Below are positions 43,930 through 60,869 of a DNA stretch of 64,000 nucleotides, piece after piece (position 1 is the stretch's first letter; the number at the start of each line of letters is the position of its first letter). Source of the DNA: the human T2T-CHM13v2.0 reference genome, Homo sapiens. The stretch lies in the NCBI RefSeq assembly GCF_009914755.1, contig NC_060936.1. The stretch is one strand, 5' to 3'. The notes beneath the pieces were generated by a model. It was not told where the DNA came from and did not search any database. It was given only the letters and a program-made list of their open reading frames with translations. Made by a program: the position numbers and the translations under genes.

Positions 43930-44529
43930 TTTATATTTTTATCTGACAGATTTACCAAAACACATTATAATAAGAAAATCTCTGAGACATTTCAAACAAG
44001 CATATAAACAAAAACATTTATCTTTGTTTAATCAGTTATTTCTCTGACATATTTGAACATAACAATATTTCTTTTCGAAAGAGGGCTTGGGAAACAGTTC
44101 TAGGTGGTATACTTTTCCAGAATTCTTTCTTTATATCCTGCTGCTTCTCTAGTAAAGTAAAGAAAGCCCCAAGGTAACAGATAAGTTAAAGTTAGTTTGG
44201 TATTTCACAGTACATTCCACAGGAAAACGATAAACCATAGCTTCAGGTTCTTGGAGGAAAACAAGAATGATCAGCGAGATCCATTTAGACACTGCACATT
44301 TAATTTTGCCTTTTGGGCTGTGTTTCTTGGAGGCAACGCTGAGTTTTGATTCAGAAGTACCATTATCGTATTATGAGCATCAGTCAGACATTTGACATAG
44401 GCCAGGGGCTTTATGTCTGGGGAGAGAAATTTTAAGAAGAGAATTTTTTTTAGTGGTTGCTTCTAGGCTTTTTTTTTTTTGGCTGTAAACCTTACAATCT
44501 TACAATGTTACACAGGCTATCAATTTTTC

Positions 44530-44835
<306 letters not shown>

Positions 44836-45181
44836 TCAAATTTTTTATTAATCACTAAAAAATGGAAGCAAGAGACTAAAGTGAAAAAAAGTACAATAGA
44901 ATACAAAAAAAAAAAAAAAAAGCAGTTAGTGATTGGAAACACCTCCTTTGTGGTACAGCATAATTTTTTTGTTGTTTTAAATGTTTTGTCTACCAAGAGA
45001 CCTTCCACAGGGACTAGGAGATACCATCTGGTGATTTTATACAGTATTACTAGAAAAAAAAGCTCTATTTCTCCCAATTGTAATATGTCTAAAGATCAGT
45101 TTTTTTGACATTTCAGTAATTGTGCCCAGGAAAACAGGTTTTTTTCTTTAGTTTCTTTTTAGAATTTAAGAAAATAGTCTA

Positions 45182-45234
45182 AAAGCTATTTTCATTATTT
45201 AAAACACTAAAGCTATTTTCATTATTTAAAACAC
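45182..45234. repeat. 26-bp tandem duplication
   Basis: aaagctattttcattatttaaaacac at 45182-45207 and 45209-45234. Confidence 0.93.
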
Positions 45235-47248
45235 CCCCACAAATTTGTAGTACCAAAGGAATGGAAAATAAAACTGATACATATCAAGAATCATAAATCC
45301 ATAAAGTTGTTGAGTCCAACACATTTTGAGAAGTGCCCTCAAAAATTAACATTAATATTTTTCATCTAGAAATCATGATAGCTATCAAAAACTACAAAGG
45401 GCCATGTTACAAACATGTGGATTTTGAATATATAGAACCGTTGGTGGGTTTTCATTTATTCAATTGCTTTACAAATGGGTGAATCAAACATCCAGTAAGG
45501 TTTTCATTTTAATTTAATTAGGACTTATAATTCTCATTATAGTAAAATGGGTGCTAAGAACACCTAAAAGAATGCCTTTATAGACACATAATGATGACAA
45601 TGGAGGATTACTGATTCAAAACTGCTCTTCCTGGGGAAGGCCCGGAAATCAGTAAGGGGCAAGTAAAATGTGAAACATTTGCTTAGAAACAATTTGTCAA
45701 CTTCATGCTTCAAAATATATAAATGATCATGTATAGATGTGTTTGGTAATGATAATCATTGAGTTATGTTGATAGGTAAAATATGGGATATGTTGTGCAG
45801 GGGAAAAAAGAACATCTGTAGGAGGTCAGACACGAGGCTACCAATTTTGTTTTTTACCCAAATTGAATTCCACTGGGTTGTTAATAACTTGACTAAGAGG
45901 TGACCATTTCTGTTTATTTTTGGAACCTGCATATTTTACGTGATTACAAAATGTGATAATGCATATGCAACTCAGACTGGAAAATACACTCAGCTATAGA
46001 CCTAAGGGTTGTATTTTTAGTTTGGATTCGAATGTTTATTTGCCCTTCACAATATTTCATGAAGACCTTGAACTTATGAACCCATACCATTCTACATGGC
46101 TGGTTTAACATGTGCAATGTTTGATTGCTTTTCTGAATGGCCACTAATATTAATTTGTGTATACAGTTAAGAATATTCTATTTTGAAATCCAGCATAACA
46201 TTTCATTTCAATCTACTGATTTAGTCCTCTAGAGAGGACAGAGGCTATTAAATTTTCAAAGCCTCTCGGTGCTATTCCTGTATCTAATAGAAATAGCCAA
46301 TTGAAAATAACTACCGTGTTTTCCCCAGGGATTCTAACTGTACCTCATTACATAATGTTCATTTTCTGAGACATAATGTAATCATAATTAATTTTGGGCT
46401 TATTAAATTGCTGTACTAGTCTTTATGGATGATTTTTTTATGAGAATAAATCCTTAAAGTTTCTAAAGAAGCAATGAGGTCCTGCTTGTTGTTACTGTCA
46501 TACAGCTGCTGTTGTGAAATGCAGTGCTTTCAGTAAGTGAGTTTCCTAGGTGACAAGTTGTTTCTTTAAGTATCAAACATGACATTTTTAATAGCATGTA
46601 TTTTAAAGTCAGCTATAGACCTGAGGTCTATATTTAAATTAACATTACAATTAATAAAAGTAAAATGAAAATAAAATAAGCATTTTACTTAAGTAAACAG
46701 TTACTTACTTGCTTTTATAAACAAAAAATATCAAGCATAATCTTGCTCTTAACAATTTAGAGTCATTTTCATGACCATCGATTTTTGGCTTAGCATTAAT
46801 ATTATTGTTTTTCTATTCCCCCCTTATTGTTATTTAGTTATTGTGTAATATTTTAGTTTGCCAGTGCATTGCTGAGCACATGGGAAGTTTTTAAATTTTA
46901 TGGAATGAATATATGAATTCCCAAGTGAAGCTTTCAATTATTCTCCTTTTAACTTGACATAGTCAGCAAAATAAGATAAGCATGATTGCCAAAAATGTGT
47001 ATTTATTATATTGAATGTTGAATCAAAGGACCAGCCAATAAAGAAGATACTCAAATCTTGAAATACTTATTATTTTGTTGGGCCAGAATTTTTTTCACTT
47101 CCTGTAAAGTTCTCAGATTTCTTACAGGTGTTCAAGTTGCCAAAGGTTGAAGTCACCACTGAATGAATCAGATTTTATTTCAATGAGAAAATGACATGTG
47201 GAAAATAATGCATTGTGCCCTTGGGCAATACCAATATTTTAACAAATA

Positions 47249-50200
47249 CAGGTTGAGTATCGCTTATCTGAAATGCTTGGGACAATAAGTGTTTTGGATT
47301 GTGCATTTTTGCAGATTTTGGAATATTTATAGGTACATAATGAGATATATTGGGGATGGGACCCAAGTCTAAATACGAAATTTATTTATGTCATATACAC
47401 CTTATGCACATAGCCTGAAGGTAATTTTAAACGTTTTAAATAATTTTGTGCATGCAACTAGGTTTGTGTACATCAGATAGCAAAGGTGGTACTATCCCAG
47501 CCACCCATGTGAACAGTCTGTGGTTGTTTGGCATCACCATCATTCCTGACCCTGAATTTATATGCTACCCATAAGCAATCATTTTCTTGCACTTATTCAC
47601 ACATAAATACTTAGCAGCAAAAAAAAAAAAAAAAAAGATAATGACAAACCACCCATACAGTGAAAAAATAATGTGCTCAGTGTAAGTTAGTAACACTGTA
47701 GCATTGCCAGAATACCTACATCAGCTGTTAGACAACAGCAACAACAAACAAAGGTAACCTTTTAGTTTCTACCTGCAATGCGATGTTTTGATTAAAAGAT
47801 TACCGTACATTTGTTTTTTGTTTATAGATGAGAATAAACATCAGAAGTAGTTGTGGGATCAGGAAGTGGGTCCTCTAGGGTTGAGGTGGCATTCTGCTGG
47901 ATGGCTTTTAAAAATGTTTCCTCCAGATTTATCTGCCTTATTAACAATATTTTTTGTCTTAGAAGTCTCTTTTGATTTTATAACCTGACATTATTTCTGG
48001 TTCTCTTATGAATGTGCACTATTCTAGTCCTTCAGTAAGCCCACCACACATATTCACCATGTTGTCTCTAGACACTTCTGCAGTGTTAACAAGGTCATTT
48101 TCACCATCGATATTATTATGATCACCTTGATTTGGAAAAATTTCAGTTATTTCATCATTGGTTGATGAATGAGCAGCTGCAGTCTTATTATTGATCTTAA
48201 AAACTTTTTTGATATCCACTTCTTCCAGCTCACTGATGACGCTGAAGGTATCTTTTTGGCATATGAAATGAGGTCAGACTTTTTTCTCATTTGACATACA
48301 AAATCTTTCAAAGTCACCACCTTGCTCATCATCATCACTGAATATAGTCAGAGGCCAGAGGTTGTGCCAGGCACACACAATTGTGTCTTTAATCTCTGTG
48401 TTCCAAGCAGTGGAAACAATATATACAGCATAGAATTCTTCATGCTAAATGCCTTATGAAAATCTTCCTCACCTCACCCACGCCTCTGTTAATGGCTGCT
48501 AGCACACTATTGAATAAAGTGTTTTTGGTCAGGCCTGGCGGTTCATGCCTGTAATCCCAGCACTTTGGGAGGCCGAGGCAGTCGGATCTCTTGAGGTCAG
48601 GAGTTCAAGACCAGCCTGGCCAACATGGCGAAACCCCGTCTGTACTAAAAATATAAAAAAATTAGCCAGGCATAGTGGTGGGTGCCTGTAATCCCAGCTA
48701 CTCAGGAGGCTGAGGCAAGAGAATCATTTAAACCCAGGAGGTGGAGGTTACAGTGAGCAGAGTTAGTGTCACTGCACTCCAGCCTGGGTGACAGAGGGAG
48801 ACTCTGTCTCAAAAACAACAACAACAACAACAAAGTGTTTTTATATTTACTCTCAGTGACCTAAAGTTTCCCTGGTTATATGACTGAAATAATGACATTA
48901 AATTTGGGAGAAAGTATGTGGCACAAACATTATTTTTGATGAGAATTTTGGCTAGAGGATGATCAGAAAGTTGCCAAGGAATAACAAAATTTTGCAGTCA
49001 TTATCTAGTCCAGCTTCCTGTTAGTGAGTATGAGCTGTTGGTATAAAATATTTGTGAAACTAATGAGAAAACATGTCCCTGGTGATCCATCTCTTTTTGC
49101 CAGCATAATAATGGACTGGTAAGAATTCACTCTTTGAAAACAGCAAGAACGCAAGCTTTGGCTGATCACAAGTTTACACTGATGTGTGCCTGCTGCATGA
49201 GCATATCCCAGCGCAGTTATTCTGTCCTTGGCATCCTTAATTCCTGTAGAGGCTGTCTCATCAGCTGTAGTCTGTGTCCTTCTGAGACAATAGTGCCAAA
49301 GCAGTTATGTTTCATCAGTACTACAGACTTGTTCCTGGTCAGATTTTCATTAGCAGAATGATGAATGAATTTCTCTGGTGCTTTATGATCAGCAGATTAT
49401 TTATCACCACAACTGTAAAAATAAATGCCACGTATTTTTTAAAATTTCTGCAACCATCCTATTGAATAGTTACCATTCCCTTCAACTTTCAGTTCATCGT
49501 GATAGATCTTTGCTTGTTTTATGATCAGCATACCATTAAGTGGCATGTTTTCACTGTGATGTTGATGGATACACTTTTTCAGTATGTGATCAAGATCTTC
49601 ATTTTTAAATTCATGCAATGTTTTTCTATTTTTCATTGGCTTCTGTTCATCACTTTCAGGATAGAACTTCAACAGTTTATCCTTCTGGTTCTTCAGGTCA
49701 TATGTGGGGGTCCAACGCCATACTCTTCTGTAAGACGTTTCACACTTAACAGCACCGTCCTGTTTCTCCAACAGCTTGATTTTCTGTCCTATAGATAATC
49801 ATAAATACCTCTTCTTTTTCTTATCATTACTAGCAGGGTATCTGCAGGCTTTTTTGACATTATCAACAATATCTTTACATCACAGAGCAGCGAATAAGCA
49901 ACAAACAAACAAACAAAAACCACAATGAGTAGGTCTTAGCCCCATGTGGGGCATGATGGGAAGCCTGTGGTTGCCATGTCTGTCCACACATGTCATTTTA
50001 TTATCTTTTGTAAGCGTGTTTGGCGTGGAGAAGATTGGGTGTGTTTAAAAAGATACATGGCAGCTGAAGGGGGATAGGAGGAGTTTTCCCTTAGGATTAA
50101 TAAATAAGTTGTATGTTTGCACTTAAGTTTTGACTACGGTCTATCACATGGTTGGGTCAAGTATAAAATTTTCCACTTGTGTCATGTCTGCACTCTAAAT

Positions 50201-50259
50201 GTTTTGGGTTTTGGAGTATTTTGGATTTCAGATTTTCAGATTAGGCATGCTCAATCTTG
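47249..50259 (-). mobile_element. Near full-length Tigger4 (Zombi) TcMar DNA transposon with a dead pogo-like transposase
   Basis: Terminal inverted repeats (TIRs) 'caggttgagtatcgcttatctgaaa' and 'ttcagattaggcatgctcaatcttg', each flanked by TA. ORF 49439-49771 gives a CENP-B-type HTH ('RKTLH...PLNGMLIIKQAKIYHDEL...SIGWLQKF'). Confidence 0.9.
48527..48831 (+). mobile_element. AluSx/Sz nested in Tigger4, with (AAC)n tail
   Basis: TSD aaagtgttttt at 48516-48526 and 48832-48842. Confidence 0.93.
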
Positions 50260-51708
50260 TATGTGTTGCCTTGAGTGGTTACTATATTTACTCATTGTTA
50301 GATATAGACAAAATGTCACACATAAAAATTAAAATCTCTTCTCTTTCCACATATGAGGCTAGAATCAAGTCTAAATAGTAGTTCCCTGAGAGGATAATAT
50401 TGCGTATGTTAAATACTGCAAGATTTGTGAGTGTTCTGTCGGAAAGTCTCCAGGTTGCTTTATATATTACCAAACTGTTCTCTATGATTTGGTTATTATT
50501 GATATTTCTTGGGCTGAATATATTGATACTCTGAATATATATGTATACACACATATATGTCTAGACATGCTATTGTATTTATACTGTGAGAGACTGGGAT
50601 GTATCTCTAAAACTCATTGTGTTCATATACTTGGAGTCATTATTTCCAGCCTCGATGATTTAATTAAGCTGGTAATAAATTAGACAATGATAAAAAACAA
50701 ACAAACAAAGTAATGTTAGATAATCATTTTTAGAAAATATCTGGACTCTTTTGCAATGATTTTTTCATTTAGATTGTTGAATACTTTATAAAATATGATT
50801 ACATTGGGACAATTATTATATTTCCCTTTTTGTGTTTTCTTCTCTTAGTTTTAGAATTTTTTGCCATAAAGTTTTGAAGAATCAATCCTAAAAGATGCTT
50901 TAATTTTAATCTACAATTCTGATTGTAATAATTTTATTTCATGATTCTTCCTGAAATTTTGAAATAAAATGACAGATAATTAAGAAATAGGTATATGTTT
51001 TTAAGATTTTTAAATGGATTTCAGTGAAATGTGTTTTATGAAGAGCAGCACAGACTTATTTTGTGGTACTGATGTAATCTCCAGTTGACAGGCTGTCTTG
51101 GATTTAGATGGCACCTGTCTAAAAGCTGGAAAGCTTTGTGCTCATAGAACCTTAAGTTAGAGTCTGCAGACTCCTGAATCTGAGGATATTTTCTATGGTT
51201 TTACAATGGCTTGATATACACATTTTAAAATCTGTGCTTCATTCTGTATGTGTATGCTGAGTAGTAATTTTCTTATTAATAGTTTTAAATTCAACAAATA
51301 AAAATTCAAGACTTAGAAAAAAGAGACATCAATTCCCTACATTATAAAGAATGCCTGAGAGGATATGATCCCCTTGAAGCTGATTACAGGGTAGACATAC
51401 ATCTCAGCCATTCCCCATTATTAACCTAGTCTCCATCTCACCCTCAAATCCACTTAAGCAGAACTCCAGGGAATAAAGGGAGTAATTCCAAATTGTGAAT
51501 TACTAGGCCATGGAAAAGCATTGTGGCTTTCCCCCTCTTTGCTTTAAGAGTGGGGACATCATGCTTACCACATCCAAGAGAGAAGGCCTCAAGAAGTAAC
51601 ATTCCCAGAAAATAGAAGCCAACATTGGTATCTTATTGCTCAGTTTAATGTTTCACATGCAGCGAACATGGAGATTTGTGCCTATCTGTGCAGAGGTAAG
51701 AGTATTAG

Positions 51709-52322
<614 letters not shown>

Positions 52323-54129
52323 CTAGTTATTTCAATAAGATAACACAATTTATCTAAACAATTTAAACATTGTATAAACGTTAATAAAAGTAACTTTAAA
52401 AGTAAAATTGTATTAGAAATATATAAATATTATTTTTTAGAAATAACTTTTTAATGGGATCAAAATATCCAAAAGAATTAGTTCAGCTATGCAGAGATGC
52501 ATATTACTTAATGTCAGAATGCAAAAAAGTCAACATTAATTCCATTCTATTTTTCATTTTTATAGTTATACAGGTGAAAAATACTTTCATAAATATGCTG
52601 ATATTAATCACAGTATTTTAAATATAAGTATCACTTAATTATTTGAGTCCTATGTTATAAGCAAAAAATAACATAGTAATTTATAATAACGATTGTTAAT
52701 AACATATGAATGGATAGTTCAATTAGATCCTCCTTCAATTTTGTCAAAAGCAAAGAATTGAAAGCCACTGATTCCCAAAAGAATCTATTATGTAGTGGTC
52801 AAAGTCATTTATTTTCTCCATATCTAGGAAGTATTCTGAAATGGCTTTACTAGGGTTTATCAAATGACAATTGTCTGTAACTATTACTCTTTCACTAATA
52901 TCTAGTTTAGCTGAAGAATAGCTAAGACTTATATAATATAGTCTTTAGTCTTCACCATGTGAATTTGAAGAAATATTTCTTGATATGACTTGACAAAATA
53001 GATTTTAACTACCTTGTTGCATAATGCATAGAAAATCAGAATTTATAAAAATTTCATCCATGGCCTTTTTCCATGGATAGTTTTTGATCATCTCAAAACA
53101 TGTTCAAATTGTACTTAAAAAACTTACTTCATTAACCTACACTGCTTCAACTCTTCAAAGCTTTTCTTTTCAGCTAATGTCATGTCCCAAAGGTGAGTGT
53201 TGAGAATAGCTGAAGAGAACTGCTTACATTTAGATACACAGAAAAAGCTGTTTTCCATACTCAAAAACTTTAATAATATGCTGTTGGCTTTCCTCTTGTG
53301 GAATTCTCTCAAAATTAACACATTCTTTGATAGTTGTAGGAAGATGGAGGAGTGAGGTCTTTAAATATTAATTATCAATGCCAATCTGTTTTAAATCCTT
53401 TTCTTTCACCTTTAACAGAAATATCTATCACATAGGGAAAACACAACTCCTAAGATAGTTTATGTTTCCTTGTTTATCTATTAAAAGTGATTTCTTTTCT
53501 TAGGCTAATATTTCATATTAACTTTGTTTTATGTCTGGAGACGTTTTGAGGTGTGTGCCTTTCTTTTGTGAAGCAGGATAAAAGAGATAGGAAGAGGAAT
53601 GTGGAAGAAGGAAAACTACCTTAATTTCTTCCACAGATTCACTCTCAGATAGATCAGTCTTAGGAAAAAACGTATATGAAATTGAGTATATGGAAATTGA
53701 TATTCTTAAAGCTATCTTTCTCTTTTATTCCTTTTAAAGTTTGGCGTTATAGGTATTTCCAACCTGAGTCTGAAGACTGACCAAAGGGTATTGCAAAAGC
53801 AGGGACTGGAGAAAACTTAAACTCTTTTTGTACCCCACCAATTCAGATTCATCAATAACCAGATGAATAGATGGATGGATAGTTGGATACAGATGGATGT
53901 ATGTATAAACATGTTTTTGACAATCGGATAGATTCCTTTATAATCATGCAACTGCCTTGCAGTTTCAGCATGTTTGTGTTTATGGTCTTATTAGTCCAAG
54001 ATAAGAAACTATGTTTAGTAGTTAATGGCAGTATTTTCCAATCTAGGGTCCATACATCCTTGGTGATCCACAGATAACATCCTCAATTTTCTGCAATTTT
54101 TCATGTCTGAGAAATCCTGGCTAATAGAC

Positions 54130-54272
54130 GTGGTCAATAAGAGCTCAGGCCATCAGAGCTAGTCACACATGAGTCAAATTATAGCTCCTCCCCTTACTAG
54201 CTGTGGATCTTTGGGAAAGTTACCTTCCCCGTCTGAATCTGCTTTCTGATCTGTAAAATGAGAAATGTAATA
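54130..54272 (+). mobile_element. MIR fragment
   Basis: 'cttactagctgtggatctttgggaaagttac...tctgatctgtaaaatgag'. Confidence 0.7.
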
Positions 54273-54801
54273 TAAAATGTTCACTTCCTTTTATGTTGAA
54301 TTAAGAGAAACATTTCATTCACCCATGAAAATCAGAGAGCCAAATATGCTACTTCAGAATAACAGAAACTCCTTGCTATTCTGATGTTTGGGTTCTGGAT
54401 ATAATTAGTAAAAATAAGGTACAATACTTCAAAACTAATGGTACTAGTTTTGCTAGCCATTGTGATAAAATTTTTTTTGTACACTTAAAGAAGGAGAAAT
54501 TTGTATTGCTAAAAACTAATCAGCCCAGCAGCTAGCAAGTAATTTTGTTTTGTAATAGAAAGTAGAAAATATATTCATTTCATCAGATAAATTTAGATGA
54601 GGATTAATTCTAATTGGAATATGTATTTTATGATATGATTTCATAATATGGCTTTTAACTATCAACACAGCTTTTCATTAAATCAGACTCCTTTGAAGCC
54701 CAAATTGTTCTTTTCTATGATAGGAAATTCTCCAGTAGAAATATATTAGCAGAGAATATGGAGTATGTGGGAGAAGAAATTATTAAAAATGAGCAAAAAA
54801 A

Positions 54802-56896
<2,095 letters not shown>

Positions 56897-57147
56897 TTAT
56901 GAGGCAATGGAAGAATATTGTAGCTCTATGGGAAGCATTGTACACTTTTAATTTAGACTTACATTTCTTGTAAAAATGCTGAAAACAATTGATAAGTAGA
57001 TTTCCGAGTAATATCCAGATCAAATTCATCTTTATTTAAATTATATGGTACATAATTAGTGATAATATTCAGCAACATTGAGCATATTGAGTAGTAGCTA
57101 AGAGAGGAAAGCATAGACAAGAAGTTTGGAGTTGTTCTCATATCCTC

Positions 57148-57860
57148 TGTATTACTCAGGTTAAGCTATCCATTGTGACAAATTCTTCCCAAATCTCAAT
57201 GGCTTCAAACATTAAGATTTATTTCTCACTCACATCACATCTGATATGGGTAGTGATGGACTCTACTCCTCAGGGTGATTCAGGGATCTAGCTCCTTTCA
57301 TGTAGCTCTATGCTTTTTTTTTTTTTTTTTTTTTTTTGAGACGGAGTCTCGCTCTGTCGCCCAGGCCGGACTGCGGACTGCAGTGGCGCAATCTCGGCTC
57401 ACTGCAAGCTCCGCTTCCCGGGTTCACGCCATTCTCCTGCCTCAGCCTCCCGACTACAGGCGCCCGCCACCGCGCCCGGCTAATTTTTTGTATTTTTAGT
57501 AGAGACGGGGTTTCACCTTGTTAGCCAGGATGGTCTCGATCTCCTGACCTCATGATCCACCCGCCTCGGCCTCCCAAAGTGCTGGGATTACAGGCGTGAG
57601 CCACCGCGCCCGGCCGCTCTATGCTTTTTTAAGGTGCTATAATTTTCCACTGGATTCTCGCAGACAGAGAGCAGACAGGAAGGTAAAGGATCTGGAGGAT
57701 CTCGTTCAAGGGTTTAGGGGCCAGTCCCAGAGAGCATATTAGACCCACATTAAATTGACCGGATTCGGACTCATTGCTTCACCGTGTGAGGGGCTGGAAA
57801 TGTAGTCCAGCACCATGCCAAAAATGAAGAAAACATAGATATTGATGAAAAAACTGGTTA
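57148..57860 (-). mobile_element. MLT1K/L-like MaLR LTR split by AluYb8
   Basis: 'gtgacaaattcttcccaaatctcaatggcttcaaac...tttatttctcactcac...gggctggaaatgtagtcc'. Confidence 0.65.
57320..57615 (-). mobile_element. AluYb8 (human-specific) with a 10-bp internal deletion
   Basis: Yb8 7-bp duplication 'ggccggactgcggactgcagtgg' plus Yb diagnostics (tttcaccttgttag, ctcatgatccacc, ccgcttcccg). 24-T tail. Perfect TSD gctctatgctttttt at 57305 and 57616. Confidence 0.96.
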
Positions 57861-59469
57861 GGGTTTGGTCAGTCTTATATGGAAATTCAGGAGATTTGGT
57901 TTAAATTCAGATTTTTCCTGATATGGAGATGATATTATGTTTTACATATGTTCTGTTACACTCACTCCTGTTTTTATTTATCATAACTGATATTAATTCA
58001 TTGATTCCTAACTCCACAAGAATCTGAATAATTTTGAATACATGTTGACTTAATTCTACTGTTAAAAAATTGAGTTAATTATAACAAGATCAATTAAGTG
58101 CCACCCAGTTAAATTGGAGTGCATTTAAATCCAATTTTCTAAAAAAAGTCCACCAAGTTTAAGTATAGCATTCCATAACACCCAAGTAAACCAGCATCAA
58201 AATGTATGTGTTAATATTAAAATAACAATAAACCATTGTAATAAAACTAAAATCTCCTAGGAAATCATCTTGCAAACAAATTATTACACTTGTGGGTAAT
58301 AAGATATACATCTTATGATGGCAAGATCTAATGATAAGGAAGTTCCACTCAAACCTTGCTAATATTATATCTTAACATCTTCAAAGGTATCTGACACATA
58401 AATATTCTTTAGCTTTGTATTCTGTTATTTTACAAGATCTTAAAGCCTGGCCCATTGCTTTGTATTTTCAAAACACTCATATTTAGAACTTTCCATTTCT
58501 TGTTCTCTTAAAATTCTAGCAGTAAAGCTTGGGGTTTGTCATCTCTAATTAATTTTAACTGATTCTTCATTAAATATATTAGGGATTTAATTGTTTTGTT
58601 TCCACTCCCAATTATATTATTCTTTTAAGAGAAGTTGCTCAAATGCTGCTGGTCAAAAATGCTAATATTTGTTCATCAGAGATCCGTGATATCTGGAGCA
58701 GAATTTTTTATTTTCAGCTTCCTCATAGTGAAATAAATCATGACCATATGTCTCGAATAGAAAAGTGCATGCTTTACCTGAGGTTCAAATCCTAGTTAAG
58801 CCACAATATTTTTACTCCCATATTTCTAAGCCTTAAACAAATACAGTCATAATATCATGTCCAGAAGGAAGATCAAATTTGTTTCATTTTAAATATCAAT
58901 ACAAATGAGTCTACGAAGTAATCTATTTTCTACAACCCTTTAAAAATATTTTTGTATTTGTGCTTTACTCTTTACCTCAAAATCTTGCCTTTTCTGATTT
59001 GGTTCTAATTCAATTTCCTCTACATACCATCAGTTAGTCTTCAGTACAACACTAACTTTTCAGAGGCTCAAATTTCTTACCTATAAAATTGGATTGTTAC
59101 ATCAATTTACCAAGGTTTTGTGAAACTGAAATAATAATGAGCAATAAGCTCTTTATAAAAATAAATACCAACATACAGTGTCCTGCTCTTGCATCTCCTT
59201 TGCTGAGTGCCCTTGAGGTTTTGTTTCTATGTCTTATTCAATAACTCATTCACTCATCCACTTAGTAAATCAATTGGCAAATCAGATGCAGTCACCAACA
59301 AACACTTATCAATACCTACTATGTAACAGTATGAGCTAGCCATCATGGATAGGAAGGTAAGAGAGATCACAGAGTTGTAGTTTATTGGAGCAGAGAGTGA
59401 AGGGTGATAATTGCTATGGGAGTGGAAGAACATAACACAGGTACCTATTATACTTAAAAAAAGCTTCTA

Positions 59470-59574
59470 GGCCAGTTGCAGTGGCACTTGCCTGTAATCT
59501 CAGCACTTTGAGAGACCAAGGCATAAGGATCACTTGAGTCCAGGAGTTTGAGACCAGCAAGGTAGTGAAATCTC

Positions 59575-59621
<47 letters not shown>

Positions 59622-59730
59622 CATATATATGTATGTATATGTATGAATATAGGTGTGGTGCACCTGTGGTCCCAGTGAGCCCAGTGGCTGTGCCTGGGCG
59701 ACAGTAAGAGGCCCTGTCAAAAAAAGAAAG
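59470..59730 (+). mobile_element. Rearranged AluJ with (TG)n/(TA) in the linker and a partly deleted right arm
   Basis: 'ggccagttgcagtggcacttgcctgtaatctcagcactttg', (GT)n at about 59580-59618, then 'gcctgggcgacagtaagag'. Confidence 0.85.
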
Positions 59731-59905
59731 AAAGAAGTAAAGAAAGAAAGTGGGGGGAGGAAGGAAGGGAGGAAGGAAAGGAAAGGAAAGGAAGAAGGAA
59801 AGGAAAGGAAGAAGGAAAGGAAAGGAAGAAGGAAAAGAAAGGAAGAAGGGAAGGAAAGGAAGAAGGGAAGGGAAGGAAAAAGGAAAGGAAAGGAGGAAGG
59901 AAAGG
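59719..59905. repeat. (GAAAG/GAAG)n polypurine tract
   Basis: Directly visible. Confidence 0.95.
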
Positions 59906-60869
59906 CTTCCTGGAAGAAGCAAATAACAAAGATACGAAGGCTGAGTAGGAATTAGCAAAGCAAATAAGAAAAGAATAGTCTAGAAAAATGAAGCAATGTG
60001 TGTAAGCAGAGGGGGTAGGAACCAGTCAATAAGGAACCTGAAAGTTCAGGGGGCAACTTGGGAATGTGGTAAGAGATGAGAAGGGGAAGCTAATGAGAGG
60101 CTAGATAATGAAGGGCCTAATAAGACAGGGGTTGAGGAATTTGAGGTTTATTTGGGTTGCAATACATAAAAAAATTACTTTCCCAGTTTCTTTTCTATCT
60201 CTGACACACATAGTCCATTTCTTAGGTCATAATTTAGCATAAAGGCTTACGTGAGTTTTCTCAATATACGATTGTGCTTCTCATGTCACTCCTGTCATTA
60301 CTATATCGTTTGGACTGCACATTCTGCATATTACCTTTAATTATACGCTGCTGGATACACATTCATCAGTGTAGTATCACAGTAGATACTGTTTTCACAC
60401 TGATCATGGGGGTATCTGCAACTTAATGCTATTACTTGCAGCTTCTGAACCATTCCATCTGTGGGTCTATTTTCTCAGCAACCCACGAAGATCCATTTCT
60501 CCCTTCCTTTTCCCAAGGCATGATGATGTTCTCTAAGTAAAATTCAATGAAGGGAGTAGTAACCTCCAGGAAACAATATTCATACACACATGTATATAGG
60601 CACATGCATTCATAAACCTTCAATTAGTTTCTGTTACCCTAAAGATAAATTCTGTATTACATTCTATGGCTTATAAATCACTAATAGGACCTTATAAGTC
60701 ATGACTACTTCACCTGACTGTTATTAACCACTGCATACGGTGAGGTGGGATTGGCAGGGAGAGAACAAAGAGGCAGAAGAGTGTTCCATACAGAGGTCAC
60801 AGCATATGAAAATAGCTGGAGATGAAGATGAGAAAAGAATACATCCATCTGAATCACTGAAAAAAGATT

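Larger units (their letters stand above)
59245..60165 (-). mobile_element. L2 fragment interrupted by an Alu
   Basis: 'caacaaacacttatcaatacctactatgt', 'aaggcttcctggaagaag', 'gctagataatgaagggcct...gaggaatttg'. Confidence 0.6.

Noticed and set aside
49439-49771. Domesticated JRK/TIGD-like gene
   Set aside because: It lies inside a TIR-bounded Tigger4 whose remaining transposase is disrupted by stops, frameshifts and an Alu.
60519-60600. C/D-box snoRNA starting at ATGATGA
   Set aside because: No suitably placed CTGA D box or terminal stem.
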